Shown: positions 45,506 to 55,426 of the stretch, piece after piece
Layout of the letters: each line of letters begins with the position of its first letter
How positions within the stretch are numbered: the stretch's first letter is position 1
NCBI GenBank assembly: GCA_048267965.1
Contig: JBLWWK010000015.1
Span: 4,661 to 68,660, forward strand
Direction of reading: 5' to 3'
Origin: Salibacteraceae bacterium
GTDB lineage: Bacteria > Bacteroidota > Bacteroidia > Flavobacteriales_G > Salibacteraceae
DNA length: 64,000 nt
The notes under the pieces: model-generated
The model's database searches: none
Seen by the model: the letters and a program-made list of their open reading frames with translations, nothing else
What the model was told of the DNA's origin: nothing
Made by a program: the position numbers and the translations under genes

Positions 45506-47650
45506 ATGAGAAAAATACTTACAACCCTTATCGTACTCTTCTTTAGTCTGGCTGGTTTTAGCAAAGACATTGTTGTTGAACCCAATACGTTGAATAAGCT
45601 TGGGGAAGGCATGCAAGTGTTCAGTACCGAAGAAGATTTAACGGTTCATCAGGTTCTGATAAAAGGCTCTTTTATGCCGATTGATTCGGAAGTGCCTAAT
45701 CTCGGGGTGTCGAATAAAACCCATTGGATTAAATTTTCTATCCATAATAAAGAATCGATCGATAATATCTTAATTGATATTAATAACCCCATCTTAGATG
45801 TTGTTAACCTTTATACAGAGTCTTCTTCTGGCTACGATTTGGTAGTTTCAGGAGAACAAGTACCGATTAGTGATCGCTATTTAGAACATCAAGATTTTAT
45901 TTTTCCATTAGACTTAGCACCGGGTGAAAAGAAAAACTACTTACTGCAAGTAAAAAGCGGTGAGCAAGTACTTTTACCTGTTTTAGCAGGCGAGTCGGGG
46001 GTTGTAATGCAAAACCTGTTACTGAGAAACGTAATTATGGGCCTTTATTTCGGGCTTATTTTGGTGATGTTTTTCTACAACTTGTTTATTTACTTCACAA
46101 CAAAAGATCGTTCGTATTTAACGTATGTTGTTTACATCTTGAGTGTGGGGTTGGTTCAAGCGAATTTACAAGGTTTCACGTATAAGTTTCTTTGGCCAAA
46201 TAGTCCTTGGTTGGCGGCTAATAGCGTATATATATTGAACACAACCACAGCTATTTTAGCGGTTACCTTCATGAGGGGGTTCGTTCATATTAAAGATTAT
46301 TTGCCTAAGCTCAACAGAGTGTTAGACGTGTTCCTACTACTATACGTAGTAAGTTTATTGGTGGCTATTTTGGGCAATTACAACTTTGCTTACATGTTAA
46401 TGAATTTCACAGCGTTGGCGTTGTCTTTTTATATGCTGGTGATTTTAGGCATGGCAGTGCAAAGAGGTTCTCGACCTGCAAAATTCTTTATGTTAGCATG
46501 GTCGGTATTTTTGGTAGGCGTTATCTTGTTTGTATTAAAAGACGCTTCGATTATTCCTCACAACAATTTAACAGCGGCCATTTTGCAAATTGGCTCTGGT
46601 GGAGAGGTAATTCTTCTTTCTTTTGGTTTGGCCGATAAAATCAATACACTGAAAAAAGAAAAAGAAGAATCGCAGAAAATGGCCCTTGAAGCTTCGAAAG
46701 AAAATGAAAGAATCGTACGTGAGCAAAATATGATTCTCGAAGCCAAAGTAAGCGAAAGAACCAAAGAATTAAGAGATGCTAATACCGATTTAGAGTCAGC
46801 ACTCACCAACTTGAAAAATGCTCAAACTCAACTGGTAGATCAAGAGAAAATGGCCAGCTTAGGGCAGCTAACTGCTGGTATTGCTCACGAAATAAACAAT
46901 CCCATCAACTTTGTAACCAGTAATGTAAGTCCGCTTAAACGCGATGTTGCCGATGTTTTTGAAGTGTTAGACAAATACGGGAATCTTCAATCTGGAGAGC
47001 AATTCGATACCGAAAAAGAGGCGATAGAAGAGCTAAAAGAAGAAGTAGAACTCGATTTTGTACGAACCGAAATCAATTCACTTTTAAAAGGTATTGAAGA
47101 AGGAGCCAGCAGAACCGCAGAAATTGTACGCGGTCTAAAGGTGTTTTCTCGTATGGATGAGCAAGATTTAAAACGAGTAGATCTTCGAGAAGGAATCAAT
47201 TCTACACTTACTCTTTTGCGCAGTAGCATGCACGGTAAAATAGACGTAGAAAGAAACTACGAAGTGGTAGGGAATGTAGAATGTTACGCTGGGAAACTCA
47301 ATCAAGTTTTTATGAATATCTTGAGTAACAGTATTCATGCGATTTTAGACGCCAACCGAGAGCAAGGCTCGCTAAAAATTGCCATTCTAAATAAAGATGC
47401 CGATAATGTGTTAATTACCATTGAAGATAACGGAACGGGTATGCCAGACCACGTAAAACAACGTATTTTTGAACCGTTTTTTACTACGAAAAAGGTAGGT
47501 GAAGGAACCGGACTCGGCATGTCGATTTCTTACAGCATCATTGAAAAACACAATGGTTCTATAGAAGTAGAAACCAAAAACGGAGAAGGAACCAAATTTT
47601 TAATAACACTGCCCAAACTACAAACTGAAGAGAACACCACAGAAGATTGA
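45506..47650 (+). CDS. 7TMR-DISM sensor histidine kinase (7TMR-DISMED2 extracellular domain, 7 TM, coiled coil, HisKA, HATPase_c)
   Basis: Signal peptide, HWIKFSIHNK...NPILDVVNLY, seven hydrophobic helices, H-box AGIAHEINNPINF, N-box NILSNSIHA, then DNGTGM and GEGTGLGMS. Confidence 0.85.
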   Translation: MRKILTTLIVLFFSLAGFSKDIVVEPNTLNKLGEGMQVFSTEEDLTVHQVLIKGSFMPIDSEVPNLGVSNKTHWIKFSIHNKESIDNILIDINNPILDVVNLYTESSSGYDLVVSGEQVPISDRYLEHQDFIFPLDLAPGEKKNYLLQVKSGEQVLLPVLAGESGVVMQNLLLRNVIMGLYFGLILVMFFYNLFIYFTTKDRSYLTYVVYILSVGLVQANLQGFTYKFLWPNSPWLAANSVYILNTTTAILAVTFMRGFVHIKDYLPKLNRVLDVFLLLYVVSLLVAILGNYNFAYMLMNFTALALSFYMLVILGMAVQRGSRPAKFFMLAWSVFLVGVILFVLKDASIIPHNNLTAAILQIGSGGEVILLSFGLADKINTLKKEKEESQKMALEASKENERIVREQNMILEAKVSERTKELRDANTDLESALTNLKNAQTQLVDQEKMASLGQLTAGIAHEINNPINFVTSNVSPLKRDVADVFEVLDKYGNLQSGEQFDTEKEAIEELKEEVELDFVRTEINSLLKGIEEGASRTAEIVRGLKVFSRMDEQDLKRVDLREGINSTLTLLRSSMHGKIDVERNYEVVGNVECYAGKLNQVFMNILSNSIHAILDANREQGSLKIAILNKDADNVLITIEDNGTGMPDHVKQRIFEPFFTTKKVGEGTGLGMSISYSIIEKHNGSIEVETKNGEGTKFLITLPKLQTEENTTED

Positions 47651-47655
47651 GACTA

Positions 47656-48750
47656 ATGAAAGAAAGCAAGCCAAGAATTCTTATAGTAGATGATGAAGAA
47701 AACAACTTGAACTCGTTTAAGTCGTGTTTTCGCAGACATTATAAAATATTCGCAGCTGTTCACGTTGACGATGCCTTCAAAATTCTCGAGAAAGAAGACA
47801 TTGAAATTGTGCTTACCGATCAACGAATGCCTAAAATCTCTGGAGTAGAATTTCTTGAGCAAGTAGTTGAGAAATACCCTCATACCATTAGAATGTTACT
47901 TACTGGTTTCGATGACTTTAAACCAGCCATTCAAGCAGTAAACCAAGGTGCTATCTATAAATATATCTCGAAACCTTGGAACGAAGACGAACTAAAAAAC
48001 ACCATTGATAATGCGGTAGAAACTTATAGAAACCGCATGTTACTTCAGAAAAGAAATCAAGAACTAAAGAAAGCTTATAACGAGCTAGATTCTTTTGTAT
48101 ACCGGGCTTCTCACGATATTCGTGGTCCTTTAATGAGTATTTTGGGAATTACCAATTTGGCCAAATTAGAAGGAGCCAATGAAGAAATGACCAACTACTT
48201 TAACTTGATTGAAAAAAGCATTCACCAGTTAGATGTTTTTGTGAGAAATATGGTCGATTACTCACGAAACTCGCGTTTAGAAGATCGATACGAACACATT
48301 AGTCTATCCATCATGCTCAAAGAGGTGCTAGAGCATTTGGCATTTGTTGAGCCAAGAAGTACTCAGCTAAATGTGATGCAAAAAATCGAAGGAGACGATG
48401 AGGTGTACACCGATCGCGACCGACTGAAAATCATTGTACAAAACTTGCTTTCCAATGCCGTACGCTTTCAGCGAGAAGGTGTACAAGGCGAGGTCTCTAT
48501 TCACATCCAAAACACCAAGAACGAACTGCTGATAGAGGTAGAAGACAACGGAATTGGCATAAAACCTTCTCAATTCGAGAGCATTTTCGATATTTTCTAT
48601 AGAGGTTCAGATATGAGCCAAGGCTCCGGCATAGGACTTTATGTTTGCCGAGAAGCAGTAAGCAAACTAAATGGAGAAATAAAAGTTGACTCAACGGTAG
48701 GAACCGGCTCCATCTTTAATGTGAATCTGCCGCATCCTTCAGAAAAATAA
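47656..48750 (+). CDS. hybrid response regulator - histidine kinase (REC + HisKA + HATPase_c)
   Basis: REC domain (ILIVDDEENNL, LTDQRMP, YISKPW), H-box RASHDIRGPL, N-box NLLSNAVRF, then DNGIGI and GSGIGL. It starts 5 nt after the upstream stop. Confidence 0.85.
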   Translation: MKESKPRILIVDDEENNLNSFKSCFRRHYKIFAAVHVDDAFKILEKEDIEIVLTDQRMPKISGVEFLEQVVEKYPHTIRMLLTGFDDFKPAIQAVNQGAIYKYISKPWNEDELKNTIDNAVETYRNRMLLQKRNQELKKAYNELDSFVYRASHDIRGPLMSILGITNLAKLEGANEEMTNYFNLIEKSIHQLDVFVRNMVDYSRNSRLEDRYEHISLSIMLKEVLEHLAFVEPRSTQLNVMQKIEGDDEVYTDRDRLKIIVQNLLSNAVRFQREGVQGEVSIHIQNTKNELLIEVEDNGIGIKPSQFESIFDIFYRGSDMSQGSGIGLYVCREAVSKLNGEIKVDSTVGTGSIFNVNLPHPSEK

Positions 48751-48777
48751 ATACAACGTAAAGCAGAAAAGCGTTTA

Positions 48778-49602
48778 TTATGAAGCTGAAGAAAGGTCTC
48801 TTAAGGCAGATTTTACCATATTTAGCTTCGAAAGATTCCCGTTAGATAGAATTTTTACAAATCGATTTTCTTTTAACTTCATGGCTTTAAAAATGGCCAT
48901 ATCAGAGTATCCTTTTTGGTTCCAACTGCTTACTTGCTCCATAAATTGTTCAAGAAACTGAAGTTTGTTTTTCAGTTTTTCTTTACCATCTTTCAATTGC
49001 GGATTGTGAGCGCAAAAGAGCACATCGAAATCCAAGGTTAAAATTCGTTGAATAGATTCAATTTGTTGCTGAATGCTTTCATCTTTCAGCATAAATCCTA
49101 TGTGTGTGTTGATGAATAAATCGGCACTAAATAGCCATTTCTTAATGGGTTCGTACAGGGCTACCATATCAGCAGCATGACCCGGAACCGCAATCAACTG
49201 AAACCGATATTTAGGAGTTTCTAACCAATCAGAATTAATTGCTTTGATATTAAAATTAGCACCACGAGAAGCGTACATCACTTTCTGAATACAACTTAAA
49301 GAAGGCGGCTTTTGCATTATTTCACGAGTAAGGGAAGACGAAAAAGCTTCGCATCCATGTTTTGCGCATATTTCATCAATATTTCCTGTATGATCTTCGT
49401 GATGGTGGGTTATAAAAACTTGTTGGATGGGCAAAGAATGCGTTGCAGATAAAATGGAAGGTTGCATTCTTCGTTGACCTGTATCAATCAATAATCCATC
49501 AACAAAATAGAGGTAAACAAACAAATTGGGTTTCTTAAAAGGATGATACCCAAATCGAAAAGCCTGTATTTCTTCAAATTGAAAAGAGCTCGTAGACTTC
49601 AC
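48778..49602 (-). CDS. MBL-fold metallo-hydrolase
   Basis: ITHHHEDHTG (HxHxDH), with later His/Asp ligands. The apparent GTG start lies 16 nt after the adhesin gene stop. Confidence 0.8.
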   Translation of the reverse strand: MKSTSSFQFEEIQAFRFGYHPFKKPNLFVYLYFVDGLLIDTGQRRMQPSILSATHSLPIQQVFITHHHEDHTGNIDEICAKHGCEAFSSSLTREIMQKPPSLSCIQKVMYASRGANFNIKAINSDWLETPKYRFQLIAVPGHAADMVALYEPIKKWLFSADLFINTHIGFMLKDESIQQQIESIQRILTLDFDVLFCAHNPQLKDGKEKLKNKLQFLEQFMEQVSSWNQKGYSDMAIFKAMKLKENRFVKILSNGNLSKLNMVKSALRDLSSAS

Positions 49603-49617
49603 AAAAAAAGTGTTTAA

Positions 49618-52278
49618 TTACTTAATCAAAGTCACTTTTCCTTGGTATTCATGGCTTTCAAAATCGATGTCGTTATACGTTACCTTCCACCAAAAGAAAT
49701 CTTGGCCAGACATGGCGCCACTGTTATCTCTTTTACCGTTCCAATACACGGTAGGATCCGAGGTGGAAAACACCAAATCTCCTAATCGGTTAAACACTAA
49801 AAACTCATAATTGGCCACCACGCGCTCGTTGATAACAGGCCCAAACTCATCGTTTAATCCATCGCCATTGGGTGTAAAAGAGTTCGGAATAAAGAAATTA
49901 GGATACTCGTATCCAACGCGCACTTCTTGAGAAGTAGTATCTGCGCACCCCAATGCATTAAAGGCAATTAATTCAACGTTGTATGTTCCGCTATCTCTAA
50001 AATCGAAGAAGAACGAAGGCTGGTCAGAAGTTCTAATTCCATCTATCGACCATATCCAATTGGTGGCGTTAACTGTAGTCGAATTAAAAGTAGCCAGCGG
50101 ATTAGAAATGGTGAAAACCTCATCAGGTAATACATCAAATCTGGCTCTCGGAACCGGTTGAACTACCACTAAATCGGTGTCGGTTCTAATACTATCACAA
50201 TAATCGGTTCGTACCTCTAACGTAACATCAAACGTATCAATGGTGTTGTACGTGTGACTAATCGTAGATGAGTTGGCAATTCCTAAGATTCCATCCCCAA
50301 AGTTGAACAAGTAAAATGCCTCTGGATCGTACTCATCGAGCACAAACGTAGCAGGTTGGCCAATGCAAATCGGATTTTCTACTGAATAGGTATGGGTAGG
50401 GAAGGTGTCTACTTGCACGGTGATAGAATCTACAAAAGGTGTAGAACCGCAGCCGTCTGTAATGGTAACAGTGTAGACTCCAGAAGTATCAGGCGTTAAA
50501 TTTTGAGTGGCTCCACCAGCACCATTACTCCAATTAAACGTATAATTTCCGTCTCCACCAGAAGCATAGGCAGAAAAAGAAACAGAACCACCTATACAAG
50601 TACCAATATTTTGGTCAACACTTCCCGCAAAAGGAGGAAGAACCGAAACAGTAGCCGTTTCTACAATTACGGGGCAGTTATTGGCATCGGTGGCGGTCAC
50701 CGAATAAGTACTGCTTACAGAAGGAGAAACCGTAATATTCTGCGTATTGTCTCCAGTGCTCCAGTTGTAGTTGTATGGAGGTGTGCCACCGAATAGAGTT
50801 AAACTAAGGGTCTCGGTAGTTCCAGGGCAAATAGAAACATCGGGTAGTGGAGCGTTGGTAATCACACTGGGTTCAGTTACCACTATATTAACCACCTCGC
50901 TGCAACCACCTCCATTGGTTATCGTAACATCGTAATTGCCAGCGCATAAATTGGTGGCTGTGGTTCCTATATCTCCGTTCGACCAGAAGAAATTGTATGA
51001 ACCGTTATCGTGTGGAATTTGAACTTGGGCTGAGCCGTTGCACAATCCATTACAAGTAGGTTCATTAATGGTGGTTTGAATACCCGCTAAGATATCCGAA
51101 TCTACCGTTACGGTTCCTGTGGCAGCTCCACCACATCCGAATTCATTCGTGATAGAGAACACATTGTAGGTTGATGAACCGGCTCCTACCGGAAACTGAG
51201 GAGGTAAATTGGTAGTAGTATCTATGCCATTAGAATCGAGCACATAGTTGTACAAATTGGTTCCATCAAAAAGACTCACCAAAAAGAGCGAATTTCCGCT
51301 GGTGAAGTTTACGTTAACCGGCACCACAGTTCCGGGGCAAGAAATAGTATCGCCAGAAAGGGTGGCAATAACGCTATCTAAAACAGTGTAGGTGAAAGAA
51401 TCTTGACGCGTAACACCGCAATTATCGGTAACTGTAACTGTGTAATTAGTTGTGGTAGAAGGCGTGGCTGTTGGCGATTGAGCCGTTGCAGAAGATAAAC
51501 CCGCTGTGGGCGACCACTGAAAAGTGTTCCCAATTCCGGCACTGGCTAAATGCGGTGTTCCTTCACAAAGGGTAACATCCGTCATTTGATCGTCTTGGTT
51601 AAAAAAGTCGATGCAAACATCTTGTAAATTGGTGTTAGCTCCAGAACTTGCAGAAAAACCCCAAAATACATTCGGATCACCTGAAAAGAAAGTATTGATA
51701 ATGTCTCCAGTATAGCTGATGCGCAAATCACAATCTACCCAAACTTGAAAAAGCTGAGAAGTAGGATTCCAACGAATATGTACCTCGTGATCCATTCCCG
51801 TTTCAACATTCGCGTTGGTAGGCGTAATTCCTACAGGCCCTACTAAGTTGTTGGGAGAAGAATGGTTTAAAGCTCCATTTCTAGAAAGTGCCATGTGGTC
51901 AAAAGCGGGGTCGTTCAAGGCGGCATCTTGATCGGTATCGAATTCTACTACCAAAGAAGGTGTGGTTCCTTCTATACCTAATCCACTGCCACCCGGCTGC
52001 ACTACAGCCGTGCTAAATTGTTGAAAACTAAACGCAACACCGCTGCCACCTGTAGCATCATTAAAACCAAAATCGATGCGGGTATATAAATCAAAAGGCT
52101 CGTTAAGGTTTATTTGCTGAGTAGCGAAAAAACTTCCTTCTTGATTAGCCATATTGCTAGTTAGTCTAAAGCATTCGTTGGCCAACGCAATTGCAGAACC
52201 GTTTACGTTGTACTGGCCTAAAGTGGTAAACCAACCCAAAAAGAGGAAGAATGTAAAGTATATTCTATGCAAAATCAC
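49618..52278 (-). CDS. large surface adhesin-like protein: N-terminal L-type (legume-like) lectin domain, multiple Ig-like/SprB/PKD repeats, T9SS type-B (gliding-motility-associated) C-terminal domain
   Basis: N-terminus: GGSGVAFSFQ...GGSGLGIEGTTPSLVVEFDTDQD. Repeated CNG.CNGSA / Y.F.WS.G units are present. C-terminus: IPNSFTPNGDGLNDEF...WNGK. The apparent start is GTG. Confidence 0.8.
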   Translation of the reverse strand: MILHRIYFTFFLFLGWFTTLGQYNVNGSAIALANECFRLTSNMANQEGSFFATQQINLNEPFDLYTRIDFGFNDATGGSGVAFSFQQFSTAVVQPGGSGLGIEGTTPSLVVEFDTDQDAALNDPAFDHMALSRNGALNHSSPNNLVGPVGITPTNANVETGMDHEVHIRWNPTSQLFQVWVDCDLRISYTGDIINTFFSGDPNVFWGFSASSGANTNLQDVCIDFFNQDDQMTDVTLCEGTPHLASAGIGNTFQWSPTAGLSSATAQSPTATPSTTTNYTVTVTDNCGVTRQDSFTYTVLDSVIATLSGDTISCPGTVVPVNVNFTSGNSLFLVSLFDGTNLYNYVLDSNGIDTTTNLPPQFPVGAGSSTYNVFSITNEFGCGGAATGTVTVDSDILAGIQTTINEPTCNGLCNGSAQVQIPHDNGSYNFFWSNGDIGTTATNLCAGNYDVTITNGGGCSEVVNIVVTEPSVITNAPLPDVSICPGTTETLSLTLFGGTPPYNYNWSTGDNTQNITVSPSVSSTYSVTATDANNCPVIVETATVSVLPPFAGSVDQNIGTCIGGSVSFSAYASGGDGNYTFNWSNGAGGATQNLTPDTSGVYTVTITDGCGSTPFVDSITVQVDTFPTHTYSVENPICIGQPATFVLDEYDPEAFYLFNFGDGILGIANSSTISHTYNTIDTFDVTLEVRTDYCDSIRTDTDLVVVQPVPRARFDVLPDEVFTISNPLATFNSTTVNATNWIWSIDGIRTSDQPSFFFDFRDSGTYNVELIAFNALGCADTTSQEVRVGYEYPNFFIPNSFTPNGDGLNDEFGPVINERVVANYEFLVFNRLGDLVFSTSDPTVYWNGKRDNSGAMSGQDFFWWKVTYNDIDFESHEYQGKVTLIK

Positions 52279-52605
52279 GTTATATTAAAACCTGCAAAAT
52301 AATAAAAAGCGACCCTTAAATCTAATTCAATTTATTGTTTTATTAACATCAACTTACCGCATTGATAAACAATACCAAATGCACCCCATAAATCATCGTA
52401 ATTTCTTAACTGTAATGCCCAAAAATTGCTCGAAAAGTTGGGTTGGATCATTTTCCACTTCAGATTATTAAAAGTTTAAAATCGGAGGTTTTGACAGATA
52501 TCTTTCTAAATTTAAAGGCCATTTTACACGAAATAGCGCAAAACCTTGAAAATTTCATCTTTTGGTGAGAGGCAAAACATGGGGTCGCTTTTGAATTGCT
52601 GTTTA

Positions 52606-52619
52606 TCGGTAGGAACCGA
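52606..52619 (+). repeat. intergenic copy, extended quasi-palindromic 14-mer TCGGTAGGAACCGA
   Basis: Exact. Its reverse complement TCGGTTCCTACCGA recurs inside the E1 gene at 41880-41893. Confidence 0.9.
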
Positions 52620-52717
52620 TTTTCAGCTTTATTCAACTTCCCACCAGCTTTTATGCTTAAAGATGAATTTACACCGAAACGATACACAAATACATAAAAC
52701 CGTAAAACAAGAAACGC

Positions 52718-54613
52718 ATGGATCTACGAATTAAATCACTCGAAGAATACAAAGAGAAATACGCTCAAAGCGTTGAAAATCCTGAAAACTTTTGGGACGA
52801 AATAGCACAAACTTTTCATTGGAGAAAACCGTATTCAAAAGTACTCGATTGGGATTTTAATGAACCAGATGTAAAGTGGTTTCAGAACGGAAAACTAAAC
52901 ATTACTGAAAATGCATTAGATCGTCACTTAGAAAAACGAGGCAATAAATTAGCCTTGATTTGGGAACCCAACGATCCCAAAGAAAGATTTGTTCGATGGA
53001 CTTACAAAGAGTTGCACGAAAAAGTATGCGAGTTTGCCAATGGATTAAAAAACCAAGGAATTGCTAAAGGAGATAGAGTAGTTATTTATATGCCTATGAT
53101 TCCTGAACTAACAGTGGCTGTGTTAGCCTGTGCTAGAATCGGAGCCGTTCATTCAGTAGTCTTTGCGGGCTTCTCTGCTCATGCTATGGCCGATCGAATT
53201 AACGATGCCGAAGCAAAAATGGTGATTACCTCTGATGGGCTTAACCGTGGAGCCAAGCAAATTCCTGTAAAACGCGTGGTGAACGAAGCACTAAACAACT
53301 GCCCTTGTGTAGAAAAAGTAATTGTTTACGATTGCCTTGGCTGGGCCCCTGAAATGAAAGAAGGCCGAGATATTTGGTGGCAAGATGTGGTAAAAGACAT
53401 GAGCAAAGAATGTGAAGCCGAAGAAATGGACGCAGAAGATATGTTGTTCATTTTGTACACTTCTGGCTCCACGGGCAAACCAAAAGGTGTAGTTCATACC
53501 TGCGGAGGCTACATGGTGTATGCAGCGTATTCTTTTCAAAATGTTTTTCAGACAGAAGAAAGTGATATTTATTGGTGCACTGCCGATGTAGGCTGGATTA
53601 CCGGACATACATACATTATTTATGGACCGTTAATTTCTGGTGCAACTACCATGATGTTCGAAGGGGTTCCTACCTATCCAGATGCGGGAAGATTTTGGCA
53701 AGTTTGTGATAAACACGGTGTAAATCAGTTTTATACGGCTCCTACCGCTATTCGTGCATTAATGGCTCATGGCGAAGATCACGTGCTTTCTTACAGCCTT
53801 GATTCTCTAAAGGTATTAGGAACCGTAGGCGAACCCATTAATGATGAAGCATGGAAGTGGTATTACATTCACGTAGGTAAAGAAAAATGCCCCATTGTAG
53901 ATACTTGGTGGCAAACAGAAACGGGCGGAATTATGATTTCTGGGTTAGGAGCACACTCCCCCATGAAACCAGCCCACGCTGGGTATCCGTTGCCAGGAAT
54001 ACAACCTGTTTTGTTAGATCAAGAAGGGAAAGAAATTACAGAAAACAATGTAGAAGGCTACTTGTGCATGAAATATCCATGGCCTTCTATTTTAAGAACC
54101 ACTTACGGAGATCACGAGCGCTGTAGAGTAACTTATTTCAGTCATTATAAGAATCATTACTTTACTGGAGATGGAGCCAAGCGAGACGAAAATGGTATGT
54201 ACCGCATTATCGGTAGAGTAGACGATGTAATTAATGTTTCGGGTCACCGTTTCGGAACAGCAGAAATAGAAGAAGCCATTAACTCAAATGGCAAAGTAGT
54301 AGAATCAGCTGTGGTGGGGTATCCGCACGATATTAAAGGACAAGGAATTTATGCTTACGTGGTTTGCGAAATGTTACCAGAAGATGAAGAAACGGCCAGA
54401 GCAGAAGTGGTAGAAACCGTTGTTGAAGAAATTGGGAAAATTGCCAAACCCGAAAAAATACAATTTGTATCGGCTTTACCAAAGACTAGATCGGGTAAAA
54501 TTATGCGTAGAATATTGCGTAAAATCGCTGAAGGTGAACCAGATAAGCTGGGAGATACTTCTACCTTATTAGATCCAGAGGTGGTAGACGAAATTGTGGC
54601 GGGCGCCCTTTAA
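52718..54613 (+). CDS. acs: acetyl-CoA synthetase (AMP-forming)
   Basis: 631 aa with YTSGSTGKPKGV, YWCTADVGWITGHTY, TGDGAKRDENGMYRIIGRVDDV and PKTRSGKIMRR. Confidence 0.95.
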   Translation: MDLRIKSLEEYKEKYAQSVENPENFWDEIAQTFHWRKPYSKVLDWDFNEPDVKWFQNGKLNITENALDRHLEKRGNKLALIWEPNDPKERFVRWTYKELHEKVCEFANGLKNQGIAKGDRVVIYMPMIPELTVAVLACARIGAVHSVVFAGFSAHAMADRINDAEAKMVITSDGLNRGAKQIPVKRVVNEALNNCPCVEKVIVYDCLGWAPEMKEGRDIWWQDVVKDMSKECEAEEMDAEDMLFILYTSGSTGKPKGVVHTCGGYMVYAAYSFQNVFQTEESDIYWCTADVGWITGHTYIIYGPLISGATTMMFEGVPTYPDAGRFWQVCDKHGVNQFYTAPTAIRALMAHGEDHVLSYSLDSLKVLGTVGEPINDEAWKWYYIHVGKEKCPIVDTWWQTETGGIMISGLGAHSPMKPAHAGYPLPGIQPVLLDQEGKEITENNVEGYLCMKYPWPSILRTTYGDHERCRVTYFSHYKNHYFTGDGAKRDENGMYRIIGRVDDVINVSGHRFGTAEIEEAINSNGKVVESAVVGYPHDIKGQGIYAYVVCEMLPEDEETARAEVVETVVEEIGKIAKPEKIQFVSALPKTRSGKIMRRILRKIAEGEPDKLGDTSTLLDPEVVDEIVAGAL

Positions 54614-54633
54614 ATTCGATTAACTTATTAATA

Positions 54634-54667
54634 ATAGTGCTGTATTCTTCTTACAGCACTATTTTTG
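54634..54667 (+). terminator. Rho-independent terminator of acs
   Basis: ATAGTGCTGTA-TTCTTCT-TACAGCACTAT followed by TTTTTG. Confidence 0.85.
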
Positions 54668-54686
54668 CGCGAAAATTACCGTAGAT

Positions 54687-55412
54687 ATGCATAATGAACT
54701 TTCTAAACTTTGGAAGAAAATCGGGATGCGCTACAAATCTCATCCATGGCATGGAGTAGATATAGGAGATAAAGCACCCCAAATAGTAACGGCTTTTATA
54801 GAAGTGGTTCCTTCCGATACGGTGAAGTATGAAGTTGACAAACAAACCGGATACCTTACCATCGATCGTCCTCAAAAATTCTCTAACGTAATGCCTGCTT
54901 TGTATGGCTTTATTCCAAGAACGTATTGCGCAGATAATATTGCTCAGTTCTGTATGAGCCGTTCTAAAAAAGAAGGAATTGTAGGCGATTACGATCCTCT
55001 TGATATTTGTGTTCTTACAGAAAAAGAAGTTACTCACGGAGATATTCTAGTGCAAGCAATACCCATTGGTGGCTTTAGAATGATTGACGGTGGCGAAGCA
55101 GACGATAAAATTTTAGCTGTACTAAAAGGCGATAGCGTGTATGGCGAAATGGAAGATATTGAAGATGTGCCTAAAGGAGTAGTAGACCGTTTACATCACT
55201 ACTTTTTAACCTATAAAGGATACTCTACCGATAGTAACCGCGAGGTTGAAATTACCGACATTTATGGTAAAGCAGATGCCCTAGAAGTTATTTCTAGAGC
55301 ACGCATGGATTACCAAAACGATTTCGGAACCATTGAAGAAGAAATGGCGATTCAAGCTGCTAGAGCTTTATCAGGAGTTGGTGTAAGAGCCAATGGTTCT
55401 CAAAAACAGTAG
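54687..55412 (+). CDS. ppa: family I inorganic pyrophosphatase (long form)
   Basis: Motifs HPWHGVDIG, YGFIPRT and DYDPLDICVL. The start is uncertain (ATG 54687 or 54726). Confidence 0.8.
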   Translation: MHNELSKLWKKIGMRYKSHPWHGVDIGDKAPQIVTAFIEVVPSDTVKYEVDKQTGYLTIDRPQKFSNVMPALYGFIPRTYCADNIAQFCMSRSKKEGIVGDYDPLDICVLTEKEVTHGDILVQAIPIGGFRMIDGGEADDKILAVLKGDSVYGEMEDIEDVPKGVVDRLHHYFLTYKGYSTDSNREVEITDIYGKADALEVISRARMDYQNDFGTIEEEMAIQAARALSGVGVRANGSQKQ

Positions 55413-55426
55413 ATGCAGAATAAACC

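Noticed and set aside
54651-55037. Minus-strand 128-aa ORF overlapping the pyrophosphatase gene
   Set aside because: It is antisense to a gene with clear PPase motifs, starts inside the coding region and runs into the acs terminator.
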